Source: an uncultured delta proteobacterium (GTDB taxonomy: Bacteria > Desulfobacterota > Binatia > Binatales > Binataceae). From it: a DNA stretch of 64,000 nucleotides. Position numbers and translations under genes: made by a program. The DNA lies in the NCBI GenBank assembly GCA_963765675.1, contig CAVXXK010000003.1:448001-512000 (forward strand), read 5' to 3'. Each line of letters begins with the position of its first letter. Positions within the stretch are counted from its first letter, which is position 1. Of the stretch, positions 19,349-27,325 are shown in pieces. Under the pieces are notes generated by a model. The model ran no database searches. It saw nothing but the letters and a program-made list of their open reading frames with translations, and was not told the DNA's origin.

Positions 19349-20728
19349 CTAGCTGCCCGAGTCTTCGAACACGTCGGCTACCGGGCTGTAGTTCTCGAAG
19401 CGCGTGTACTGGTTCAGGTAGGTCAGCTTCGCCGTGTCGGTCGGGCCGTTGCGCTGCTTGGCGATGATGATCTCGGCGACGCCCGGCTCTTTGGTGTCGC
19501 GATGATACATCTCGTCGCGGTAGATGAATCCTATTACGTCGGCGTCCTGCTCGATCGCGCCCGACTCGCGCAAGTCCGCGAGCAGCGGGCGGCGCTCGGG
19601 CCGCGTCTCGACCGCGCGGTTCAACTGCGACAGCGCGACCACCGGCACCCGCAGCTCCTTGGCGAGCGCCTTGAGCGAGCGCGAGATTTCCGAAATTTCC
19701 TTTTCGCGCGACTCGCCCGGCCGCGACGAGCGCATCAGTTGCATGTAGTCCACGATGATCAGGCCCAGGTTGTTGTTCTTGTCGCGCATCAAGCGGCGGC
19801 ACTTGGCCTTGAGCGTGATCGGCGAGATGTCCGACGAATCATCGATCACGATGTTCGACGCGCTCAGTCGATCCGCCGCTTCGATCAGCTTCGGAAAATC
19901 CTCCTTGCGGATAAACCCGGTGCGGACCTTCGAGCTGTCGACCCGCGCCTCCGAGGTGAGCAGCCGCAGCACCAGTTGCTCCTTCGACATTTCGAGCGAG
20001 AAGAACGCGACTCCCACCGGCTTGTCCGAGTGGATCGCCGCGTTGGCCGCGATGTTGAGCGCGAGCGCGCTCTTTCCCATCGAGGGGCGCGCCGCGATGA
20101 TGATCAGGTCCGAAGGCTGGAAGCCCGCCGTGATTCGATCGAGATCGTGAAACCCGGTCGGCACTCCGGTCACCATCTCTTTGCGCTCGTACAGCCGCTC
20201 GACCATCTTGATCGCGCCGACGGTCAGCTCGCGCATCCCGAAGAACGCGGGCTTGATGCGGCGCTCGGAGATCTCGAACACGCGATGCTCGGCGGAGTCG
20301 AGGAACTCCTCGACGTTGGCGGGCGCGTCGTAAGCGCCCGACGCGATCTCGGTCGCGATCGACGCGAGGCTTCGCAGGACGGATTTCTCGCGGACGATTC
20401 GCGCGTAGTGCGCGACGTTCGCCGCCGTCGGCACGATCGACGCCAGCTCCGCGATATACCCGGCGCCGCCGATCATCTCGAGCTTGCCGCGGTTGCGCAG
20501 CGCGTCGGTCAGCGTGATCGCGTCGACCGGCTGGCTATGGTCCGACAGCTCCGCCATCGCGCGGAAGATCTCGCGATGCGACTCGCGGTAGAAATCTTCC
20601 GGCGTGATGGTTTCGAGCGCGAAATTGATCGCGTCGTTATCGAGCAGGATCGCGCCGAGCACCGATTGTTCGGCTTCAAGATTTTGCGGCGGAACGCGCC
20701 GCAGGATGTCATCCGCACCGTCTGCCAC
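19349..20728 (-). CDS. dnaB: replicative DNA helicase
   Basis: PPQNLEAEQSVLG, AARPSMGKS, FFSLEM, VDYMQL, LSQLNR, DLRESGAIEQDAD, KQRNGP; GTG 20728 with RBS GGAGGTG. Confidence 0.98.
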   Translation of the reverse strand: MADGADDILRRVPPQNLEAEQSVLGAILLDNDAINFALETITPEDFYRESHREIFRAMAELSDHSQPVDAITLTDALRNRGKLEMIGGAGYIAELASIVPTAANVAHYARIVREKSVLRSLASIATEIASGAYDAPANVEEFLDSAEHRVFEISERRIKPAFFGMRELTVGAIKMVERLYERKEMVTGVPTGFHDLDRITAGFQPSDLIIIAARPSMGKSALALNIAANAAIHSDKPVGVAFFSLEMSKEQLVLRLLTSEARVDSSKVRTGFIRKEDFPKLIEAADRLSASNIVIDDSSDISPITLKAKCRRLMRDKNNNLGLIIVDYMQLMRSSRPGESREKEISEISRSLKALAKELRVPVVALSQLNRAVETRPERRPLLADLRESGAIEQDADVIGFIYRDEMYHRDTKEPGVAEIIIAKQRNGPTDTAKLTYLNQYTRFENYSPVADVFEDSGS

Positions 20729-20833
20729 ACCACCACCTCCGACGCGCGCGAGCATATGTAAGGGGCGCGATTATGCGCGAACCCGCCGGCGCCATCAAGT
20801 GACTTTTGTCAGATCAACACGATGTCCCGAGCT

Positions 20834-20852
20834 TGTGAAGAGGTTATCCACC
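20834..20852. promoter_or_regulatory. putative DnaA-box pair upstream of dnaB
   Basis: TTATCCACC (8/9 match to TTATCCACA) at 20844-20852, next to a degenerate inverted TGTGAAGAG. Confidence 0.4.
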
Positions 20853-21581
20853 GCGTATCGACAGCCGTTGTCCGGCGCGGCGGCGCGGCTTTTTGCGCGC
20901 CAGCATCGGTCCGACGAGCATCCCGAACAAGAATCCACCGACATGCGCCCACCACGCCACTCCACCGGCGATCGCGCCATGCGAACCCGCTGCGATTCCG
21001 GCATAGAGCTGAACTCCGAACCACACCAGCAGGTAAATCGCGGCCGGAATTTCGATTCTCATGAGATAGAAGAAAATCGGCAGCACGGTGAGGATTCGGC
21101 CGCGCGGATAGAGAATGAAATACGCGCCGAGCACGCCCGCGATCGCGCCCGACGCTCCAATCACAGGAACGATCGACGCGGGCGCCATCGCGACAGTCGC
21201 GATCGCGGCGGCGATTCCCGAAGCGAAATAGAAAGCCAGGTAGCGCCGCGATCCCAGCCGGTATTCCACCGCCGCGCCGAAGATGAACAGGTAGAGCATG
21301 TTGCCGGCGATATGCCAGACGCCGCCATGCAGGAACATCGAGGAGAGAATCGTCGCGAGCGGCGCCGCGAGTGTCGCAAGCGGCGCGGCGGCCTGCGGAT
21401 GCGCGAGCGCCGCGGCCGCATCGGACACGCGCACCGGAACCATCGCGAAGCGCGCGAGGAATCCGATCGCGTCCGGCCCGAGCGTCAGCTCGTAGATGAA
21501 AACCGCCAGGTTGGCGACGATCAACGCCGAGTTCACCGGAGTCAGGCGGCGCGGCGCGGCACTATCGCGAAGCGGAATCAT
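20844..21581 (-). CDS. rhomboid family intramembrane serine protease
   Basis: MIPLRD N-terminus, FLHGGVWHIAGNM, GASGAIAG, AHVGGF. Confidence 0.95.
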   Translation of the reverse strand: MIPLRDSAAPRRLTPVNSALIVANLAVFIYELTLGPDAIGFLARFAMVPVRVSDAAAALAHPQAAAPLATLAAPLATILSSMFLHGGVWHIAGNMLYLFIFGAAVEYRLGSRRYLAFYFASGIAAAIATVAMAPASIVPVIGASGAIAGVLGAYFILYPRGRILTVLPIFFYLMRIEIPAAIYLLVWFGVQLYAGIAAGSHGAIAGGVAWWAHVGGFLFGMLVGPMLARKKPRRRAGQRLSIRGG

Positions 21582-21756
21582 TTTACGCAAGCCAAAGATC
21601 GGCGGTATCGTACAGGCTGTCCGCAGGCGGAAGCGAGACGCATCGCGCGACCGCGTCGCTTGAGGATCGCGGCGATGTGTGCGAGAAAGTTCGCGAGCCT
21701 GCGTGTGCGCAGATCAAACCGGTGCGCGCGGGTTCACCCTCAGGAGGTCAAGGATA

Positions 21757-22482
21757 ATGGAAGTTGTGTCACAGGAAGTAATGGTGACGACGGGCGCCGA
21801 GAAGATGCCGGCGCATCTGGCGCGGCCCGCGTCGGGCGGACCCTACCCCGCGCTGGTAGTGGTGATGGAAGCGTTCGGGCTCAACGCCCATATCAAGAGC
21901 ATCACCAACCGCTTCGCGGCCGAGGGCTTCGTCGCGATATCGCCGAACCTCTATTTTCGCCAGCCCAACAACGTGGTCGCGTACAATGATCTGCCGAGCG
22001 CGTTTCGCCTGATGGGATCGATTAACGACGATCAGATCGTCGCCGATATGACCGCGTCGATAAATTTTCTCAAGACGCAGAAGGACGTGAAGCCCGCCTT
22101 CGGAACCGTCGGCTTCTGCATGGGCGGACGCGTGAGCTTTCTGACCGCGTGCCGCAATCCCGACGTCAAGGCGACCGCGCCGTACTATGGCGGCGGGATG
22201 GTGACCTCGCGCCAGGCGGGCGTGACGCCGCCGATCGCATATGTCGAGGGACTTAAGGGTCCGGTGCTGGCGTTCTTCGGCGGCAAGGACGCGTTCATTC
22301 CGATCACGGAAGTCGACGCGTTCCGCGACGCGCTCAAGAAATCCGGCAAGCCGGCCGAGGTCGTGTTCTATCCCGACGCCGATCACGGCTTCATGTGCGA
22401 CGACCGCCCGTCGCATCATCCGCAGCACGCCAAGGAGGCGTTCGCCAAGACGATCGCATTCTTCAAGCAGAACCTTGCGTGA
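21757..22482 (+). CDS. dienelactone hydrolase family protein
   Basis: EAFGLN, GFCMGG, GGKD, DADHGF; ATG 21757 after AGGAGG/AAGGA. Confidence 0.93.
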   Translation: MEVVSQEVMVTTGAEKMPAHLARPASGGPYPALVVVMEAFGLNAHIKSITNRFAAEGFVAISPNLYFRQPNNVVAYNDLPSAFRLMGSINDDQIVADMTASINFLKTQKDVKPAFGTVGFCMGGRVSFLTACRNPDVKATAPYYGGGMVTSRQAGVTPPIAYVEGLKGPVLAFFGGKDAFIPITEVDAFRDALKKSGKPAEVVFYPDADHGFMCDDRPSHHPQHAKEAFAKTIAFFKQNLA

Positions 22483-22530
22483 GGATTCGATCATCGGACG
22501 CGGCGAGCGCAATCACGATCGGGCAAACAA

Positions 22531-22995
22531 ATGACTGATGGCAAGCGGGCCGGGCTTTACCGGCCCGCGCTCTTTTTGCTCGCCGCCGCCGCGATTCTGT
22601 GCGCGGCGGCGTGCTATTCATCAAACTACCGCAAGGAACTCTCCGCGAATACGGATCTGATCTCCCAGCTCGCGGACAAGCTCGCCGACTACTGCAACGC
22701 GGGCTTCATGATCGAGAACCGGCAGGTCTCGTCGGAAGAGATGGGCGAATTTTATTACGCGCTGAAGAAGGCGCGCGGCCTCTCCGCGACGACGACGCGC
22801 GACTCCGCACGCGCCTCGTATCGCGACTTCGACGCGATGCTCGACGCCTACCAGAGCTTCGTCCGCAACGCGGACGAGTACCGCTTGGCGGGCGCTCGCG
22901 ATCCCGCGAAGCTCGCCGCGCTGATGCGGCAGCATCAAGCGGTCGAGTCCGCCGCCGCAAAAGTCCGCGCCGACTTGGCGAAGGAGAATGGATGA
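22531..22995 (+). CDS. hypothetical exported protein, probable lipoprotein
   Basis: Hydrophobic signal ending AAAC; helical body; host-like codon usage. Confidence 0.65.
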   Translation: MTDGKRAGLYRPALFLLAAAAILCAAACYSSNYRKELSANTDLISQLADKLADYCNAGFMIENRQVSSEEMGEFYYALKKARGLSATTTRDSARASYRDFDAMLDAYQSFVRNADEYRLAGARDPAKLAALMRQHQAVESAAAKVRADLAKENG

Positions 22996-23014
22996 CCCGT
23001 CGTCCGTCGCCTGA

Positions 23015-23275
23015 TCCCTCGCCCTGAAAGGGCGAGGTACCAGAAGGCGCGATTAACAAAGAAAGCTCTGAGCATGGCCGCCCTCACCCGCGCGTCACGG
23101 CGATTGCTGAAAGAAGCAATCGCCGCGCCGCTTGCCCTCTCCCGGAGGGAGAGGGAATCTCAGAGACGCCGCGCCGCCCGCGTGCCCATGGCACCTCCCG
23201 GAGGGAGAGGGTATCGGCAAAGCTTGCGTCGCCCAAGTGACGGTGGCACCTCCCCGGAGCGAGAGGGAATTTCAG
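23015..23275 (+). repeat. family A repeat array between convergent genes
   Basis: ccctcgccctgaaagggcgagg arm, a full ccctcacc-hairpin-ccctctcccggagggagaggg unit and two further degenerate cctcccggagggagaggg units. Confidence 0.88.
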
Positions 23276-23288
23276 AAAAGGCCAGGAC

Positions 23289-23966
23289 TCACTTCCAGGC
23301 GTTGCCGTAGCGATCGAGGCATACTACCTCGCTCACTGGGCGGCGCTTTATCGGGCCGAACTTGTCGCTGGGATAGCCGATCGGCATCAGCGCGTAGGTC
23401 GCCACCTCGGGCGGAAGACCGAGCACGGCGCGGACCTCATCTTCATAGAACGCGTGAATCGTCGTGAGGCAGGTGCCAAGCCCGAGCGCGCGGCAGGCGA
23501 GGATGATGTTCTGCACGGCGGGGTAGATGCTCGAGCCGCTCATCCGCACCATCCCGCGCATCTTGTCGAGGATCTCGGGCGGCAGCTTCGGCGGAGGTCC
23601 CGAGGGCGCGGTCTGCTTGAGGCACGCGACCAGCAGGACCGGAGCGTCGGCCATGTGGTTGACCAGGTAGGTCGCCGCGGCCATCAGCTTGTCGAAGGTC
23701 GATTGCGCCATGTGCTCCGGCTTGGTGCGATTCGCATAGAGCGCGAACAGGATATCGCCGCCCTTGCGGTAGATGTCGCCGAGCTTCTTGCGCTGCGCCG
23801 CGTCCTTGACCACGACGAACAGCCACGACTGCTCGTTGCTGCCCGAGGGCGCGCGAATCGCGGCGTCGAGGACTTTGGTCAGCACCTCGTCGGGCACGGG
23901 ATCGGGTTTGAACCTGCGCAGCGCGCGCGCGGAATACATCGCTTCAAAAAGATCCATCTCAGCCAT
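23289..23966 (-). CDS. nitroreductase family protein
   Basis: RALRRFKPDPVP, RAPSGSNEQSW, SIYPAVQN...RALGLG, PIGYP. Confidence 0.93.
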   Translation of the reverse strand: MAEMDLFEAMYSARALRRFKPDPVPDEVLTKVLDAAIRAPSGSNEQSWLFVVVKDAAQRKKLGDIYRKGGDILFALYANRTKPEHMAQSTFDKLMAAATYLVNHMADAPVLLVACLKQTAPSGPPPKLPPEILDKMRGMVRMSGSSIYPAVQNIILACRALGLGTCLTTIHAFYEDEVRAVLGLPPEVATYALMPIGYPSDKFGPIKRRPVSEVVCLDRYGNAWK

Positions 23967-24020
23967 GAGGTTTCTCCCAAGTCGGATTGTAGTCAGCCGA
24001 GTATCAGTCATCCGTACGCG

Positions 24021-24051
24021 AAAAAAAAGGGCGGCCCGCTTCGGCCGCCCT
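24021..24051 (-). terminator. rho-independent terminator after the VOC gene
   Basis: GGGCGGCC/GGCCGCCC stem followed by U8 on the minus strand. Confidence 0.85.
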
Positions 24052-24077
24052 GTGCAAACTCTAAATCGAGCGCGTGA

Positions 24078-24644
24078 TCATATAGGATGATGCGTGCCCG
24101 GCGGGCGCTCGGTGCTCATCAGGAACTTCATCACCTTTTTCGCCTCAGTAGGATCTTCGACCATCGGGCCCGGCTGATCATGATGCTTCATGATCTTGTC
24201 GTCGGCATTAAACTCGCGCACCGTGGTGCAGAACTCGAGCAGCAATCCATTGGGATCGCGAAAATAGATCGACCGGCACCATTCGTGGTCAACCACCGCG
24301 GTTACATCGACGCCGCGCTCGATCAGTGTCGCGCGCTTGGCCTCGAGCTCCTGGACCGTGTCGCAGTTGAAGGCGAAATGATAGAAGCCGCTCGGCAATC
24401 CCTGCGCGCTGTTGATGTCGGTGGCCCATTCGGTCGGGATGCCGGGAACTTTTTCGGGACACATGAACGCGACCATCGAGCCGTCGCCGGTGTTCATGAA
24501 GACATGCTTGATCTTGCCGCCGCCCTGGGTCTCGATCACGTCGGCCCACGCGATTTCCCATCCGAGTTTCTGCGTATAGAACTCGACCGTGCGGTCGATA
24601 TCGAGCGTGGCCAGGCCAAGATGATGAACTCCTGTACGTTTCAT
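24078..24644 (-). CDS. VOC (glyoxalase/bleomycin resistance) family protein
   Basis: GVHHLGL...FY..LG, HFAF, SIYFRDPNGLLLEF; RBS GAGGAGG. Confidence 0.92.
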   Translation of the reverse strand: MKRTGVHHLGLATLDIDRTVEFYTQKLGWEIAWADVIETQGGGKIKHVFMNTGDGSMVAFMCPEKVPGIPTEWATDINSAQGLPSGFYHFAFNCDTVQELEAKRATLIERGVDVTAVVDHEWCRSIYFRDPNGLLLEFCTTVREFNADDKIMKHHDQPGPMVEDPTEAKKVMKFLMSTERPPGTHHPI

Positions 24645-24657
24645 CGCGGAACCCTCC

Positions 24658-24742
24658 TCTGAACGATAGTTCAGACCGACTGCACGATAATCTAGCATCC
24701 GGGCATGGGGGTTAGTCAAAGCCTCCCCGAACGATCGTTCAG
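24658..24742. promoter_or_regulatory. paired GAAC-N4-GTTC operators flanking a putative promoter of the VOC gene
   Basis: TCTGAACGATAGTTCAGA (24658-24675) and CGAACGATCGTTCAG (24728-24742); TTGACT and TGCTAGATT lie between them on the minus strand. Confidence 0.55.
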
Positions 24743-24789
24743 TAGATCGCTGCGCGCGAGGGATCCCGGACGAAAGGCCGTTGCCTCAG

Positions 24790-25006
24790 ACGCGGGCTCG
24801 GAGCACGGACGCCTCGGGATTTCTCCCTTCGGTCGAAATGACGGATGTGGGTTTGGTGCATGAGTATCGTAGTCTCAGCCGAGCCCGCGATCGTCATTCC
24901 GAGCCCAGGGCGAGGAATCCCGAGGCGTCCATGCTCCGAGTCCGCGTATCATGCTGTGCTCTCTCGTCGGAGATTCCTCGCGCGGCAGCCACGCGCGGGA
25001 ATGACA
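24790..25006. repeat. family B composite repeat
   Basis: ~32-bp inverted repeat 24790-24821/24916-24947, gtcattcc...ggaatcc units, and gattcctcgcgcggcagccacgcgcgggaatgaca matching 19224-19262. Confidence 0.8.
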
Positions 25007-25034
25007 AACTACAATCGTTCAGGAAACGAAGCGA

Positions 25035-25694
25035 TCAATCGAGGCGGATGAGCTTGTGCTTGATCGCGTAGCGCACGATCGCGGCGGTCGAGCGGAGGTC
25101 GAGTTTCTGCTTCAAGTTCTCGCGATGCACCTGCGCGGTCTTGGGGCTGATGCCCAGGCGCTGCGCGATGTCCTTGGTGGTGGCGCCGTCGCCGATGAGG
25201 CGCAGGACCTCGCGCTCGCGGCGGGTGAGGCGCGGGCCACCCTTCTCTCCGGGCGGGAGCGGATGGCGCAGGCGTCCGAGCACGATCGGCGCGACCGAGG
25301 GACTCAGGTAGCGCCGCCCCGAATGCACCGCGCGCACCGCGGCCACGAGTTCGCTGGAAGCGTCGGTCTTCACCAGGTATCCGGCGGCGCCCGCCTCGCC
25401 AAGAGCCTCGATCACATATTCCTCGTCGTCGTACTGGCTCAGCACCAGCACCTTGCTGGCGGGACAATCGCGCGCAATGCGATGGACCGCCGCGAGGCCG
25501 CCGAGACCCGGCATCCCGAGATCCAGCACCACGACGTGCGGATGCAATCGCTCGGCGAGCTGGATCGCGGCCTCGCCGCTGGCGGCCTCGCCGACGATCT
25601 CGCATTCGGGTTCGAGTACGAGCCGCAGCGCCTCGCGAAAGATGCGATGGTCGTCGACGAGCAGGACGCGGATTGGTCCGTGTTGATCGCTCAT
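25035..25694 (-). CDS. NarL/FixJ-family response regulator (REC + LuxR HTH)
   Basis: LLVDDH, VLDLGMP, GYLVK, LTRREREVL...IAQRLGISPKT..VHR. Confidence 0.95.
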   Translation of the reverse strand: MSDQHGPIRVLLVDDHRIFREALRLVLEPECEIVGEAASGEAAIQLAERLHPHVVVLDLGMPGLGGLAAVHRIARDCPASKVLVLSQYDDEEYVIEALGEAGAAGYLVKTDASSELVAAVRAVHSGRRYLSPSVAPIVLGRLRHPLPPGEKGGPRLTRREREVLRLIGDGATTKDIAQRLGISPKTAQVHRENLKQKLDLRSTAAIVRYAIKHKLIRLD

Positions 25695-27280
25695 GCGGGC
25701 TCCGGAATTTCCGCGCGCAGCACAGTGCCCGAGGGACCCGACTCAATTTCGAGCTTCCCGCCCATCAGTTCGAGCCGCTCGCGAATACCGCCAAGACCCG
25801 CCGTGGCGAGCGTGTCCGATCGCGCCGGTATCCCGCGGCCGTTGTCGCGCACGATCACGCGCGCACAGTGTTCGTCGCGCTCGACCGCGACTTCGACGTT
25901 GCTCGCTCCCGAATGGCGCGCGACGTTGGCCAGCGCCTCGCGCGCGACCTGCCAGCATAGCCGCTGCACCGCGGGCGAGATTCGCGCGGCGCCCTTTGCA
26001 GCCAGCAGATGAACCTCGATTCCCTGCTGCCGCATCCGCCCGGCCTCGGACTGGAGCGCATCGGCCAGCGTGACGCGCCCGAGCGCGGGCGGCTTGAGCT
26101 CGCGGATACGCGCACGCAGCTCCTGCGAGATTTGCCGGAACAGGCTTCGCGCTTCTTCGGTGCCGCCTTCGAGCGCGATCTGCGCCGCCGCGAGCAACTG
26201 CGCCTGGTCGTCGTGCAGGTCGCGGGCGATTCGCGAGCGCTCGTCGTCGATCGCGGCGTACATCCTGAGCGCCATGCGGCTGACCAGCGCGCGGTATCCT
26301 TCGAGCGCGTCTTCGGCGACCCATGCGCGCATAAGCGGTGCGAGCCGCGCGCCGAAAGCTTCGGCTCGCGCGCGAAACCCGGGAGCCGCGATATCGCCTT
26401 CGCCAAGTCCGATCACGGCAGGTCCCGAGGAAAATACGATCCACGCTCCGCCGAAAATTTTGTCTTCGGGCATCGCGCGCGGCGCGGCGGAATCGGACAC
26501 GCGCGTGAACGTCCTGCCGGTGCGCGCGCATTCGGCGATCGCCGAGGACTCCGCGAGCTCGCGCGGCGGCGCAACCGTGCGGGATGCCGCTACAACTCGC
26601 AGCGCGCCGTCGCTCGGCGCGGCGACCAGCCACCGGGCGCATCCGAGCGCGCGCGCCACCGCTTCGCCCATCGCGGCCATGCGCCCCGCTCCGTCCAGCG
26701 CCGCGATTTCCCGGATCGCGCGTTCCAAAGCCTCGCGCTCGGCTTCGCGCGCGGCGCCGGTCGCCTCTATTTTCGCACCGCGAGCGAGAACCGCGGCGCC
26801 ACGATTGCGCCAGAAGCCGCGCAAGTTCGCGCTCTCCGCGCCTGCGACCGCGGCGAGCGCGGCACGCGCGACGAGTTCAAGTATCGCTTGAGTTTTTGGA
26901 ACCGCGCGGGCGGAGTCCTTCGGATGCGCGAGCCCGACCCGCACGGCGATAACTCCTTCGCGAAGCGCAAGGCCGATTACGCCCGGCGCAATTTCTGTTG
27001 CGCGAATTTCCTGCGCGGTGCCGCCGGTCCGGTGAGCGAACGCAGCCAGAGCGATCTGTGCGCCGCTTGCCGCATCGCCTGACGCGGTTGCCGCAGCGGC
27101 GATGTCGGCGGCGCCGCCGGGAGCGTCCCATGCGACGGCGCATGCGCTGGCGCCGAGCGCAGTTCGGCCCAGTTCGGCTATTTTGGTGATCGCCGCGCAA
27201 AGCTGTGCGGCTTGTTTTGCGCTTTGCGCCGCGGCGCTCGCCGCGCGACGAACTTCATGCAGTGGTTTAGCTTCGCGCAC
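25691..27280 (-). CDS. HisKA_3 sensor histidine kinase, apparently cytoplasmic
   Basis: ERSRIARDLHD, REALANVARHS, VRDNGRG, GLGGIRER; Ala-rich N-terminal region; ATGA overlap with the regulator. Confidence 0.88.
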   Translation of the reverse strand: MREAKPLHEVRRAASAAAQSAKQAAQLCAAITKIAELGRTALGASACAVAWDAPGGAADIAAAATASGDAASGAQIALAAFAHRTGGTAQEIRATEIAPGVIGLALREGVIAVRVGLAHPKDSARAVPKTQAILELVARAALAAVAGAESANLRGFWRNRGAAVLARGAKIEATGAAREAEREALERAIREIAALDGAGRMAAMGEAVARALGCARWLVAAPSDGALRVVAASRTVAPPRELAESSAIAECARTGRTFTRVSDSAAPRAMPEDKIFGGAWIVFSSGPAVIGLGEGDIAAPGFRARAEAFGARLAPLMRAWVAEDALEGYRALVSRMALRMYAAIDDERSRIARDLHDDQAQLLAAAQIALEGGTEEARSLFRQISQELRARIRELKPPALGRVTLADALQSEAGRMRQQGIEVHLLAAKGAARISPAVQRLCWQVAREALANVARHSGASNVEVAVERDEHCARVIVRDNGRGIPARSDTLATAGLGGIRERLELMGGKLEIESGPSGTVLRAEIPEPA

Positions 27281-27325
27281 GCCATCCCCTTTTCTGGCGG
27301 AGCGATTATCGTACCGCGACTACAT

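Noticed and set aside
19109-20761. Long plus-strand ORF (550 aa) and similar long antisense ORFs (20604-21989, 28808-30319, 30493-32121, 47743-49044, 50470-52350)
   Set aside because: These are shadow frames opposite well-supported genes, expected at high GC3, and carry no family motifs.
23015-23275. Possible CRISPR array (three cctcccggagggagaggg-like units with spacers)
   Set aside because: The units are degenerate, unevenly spaced and part of the dispersed family A; no cas genes are present.
23074-23310. Short ORFs over the repeats (also 33977-34159, 43548-43826, 59339-59712, 60722-60934)
   Set aside because: They are translations of the family A repeat, with no RBS or coding signature.
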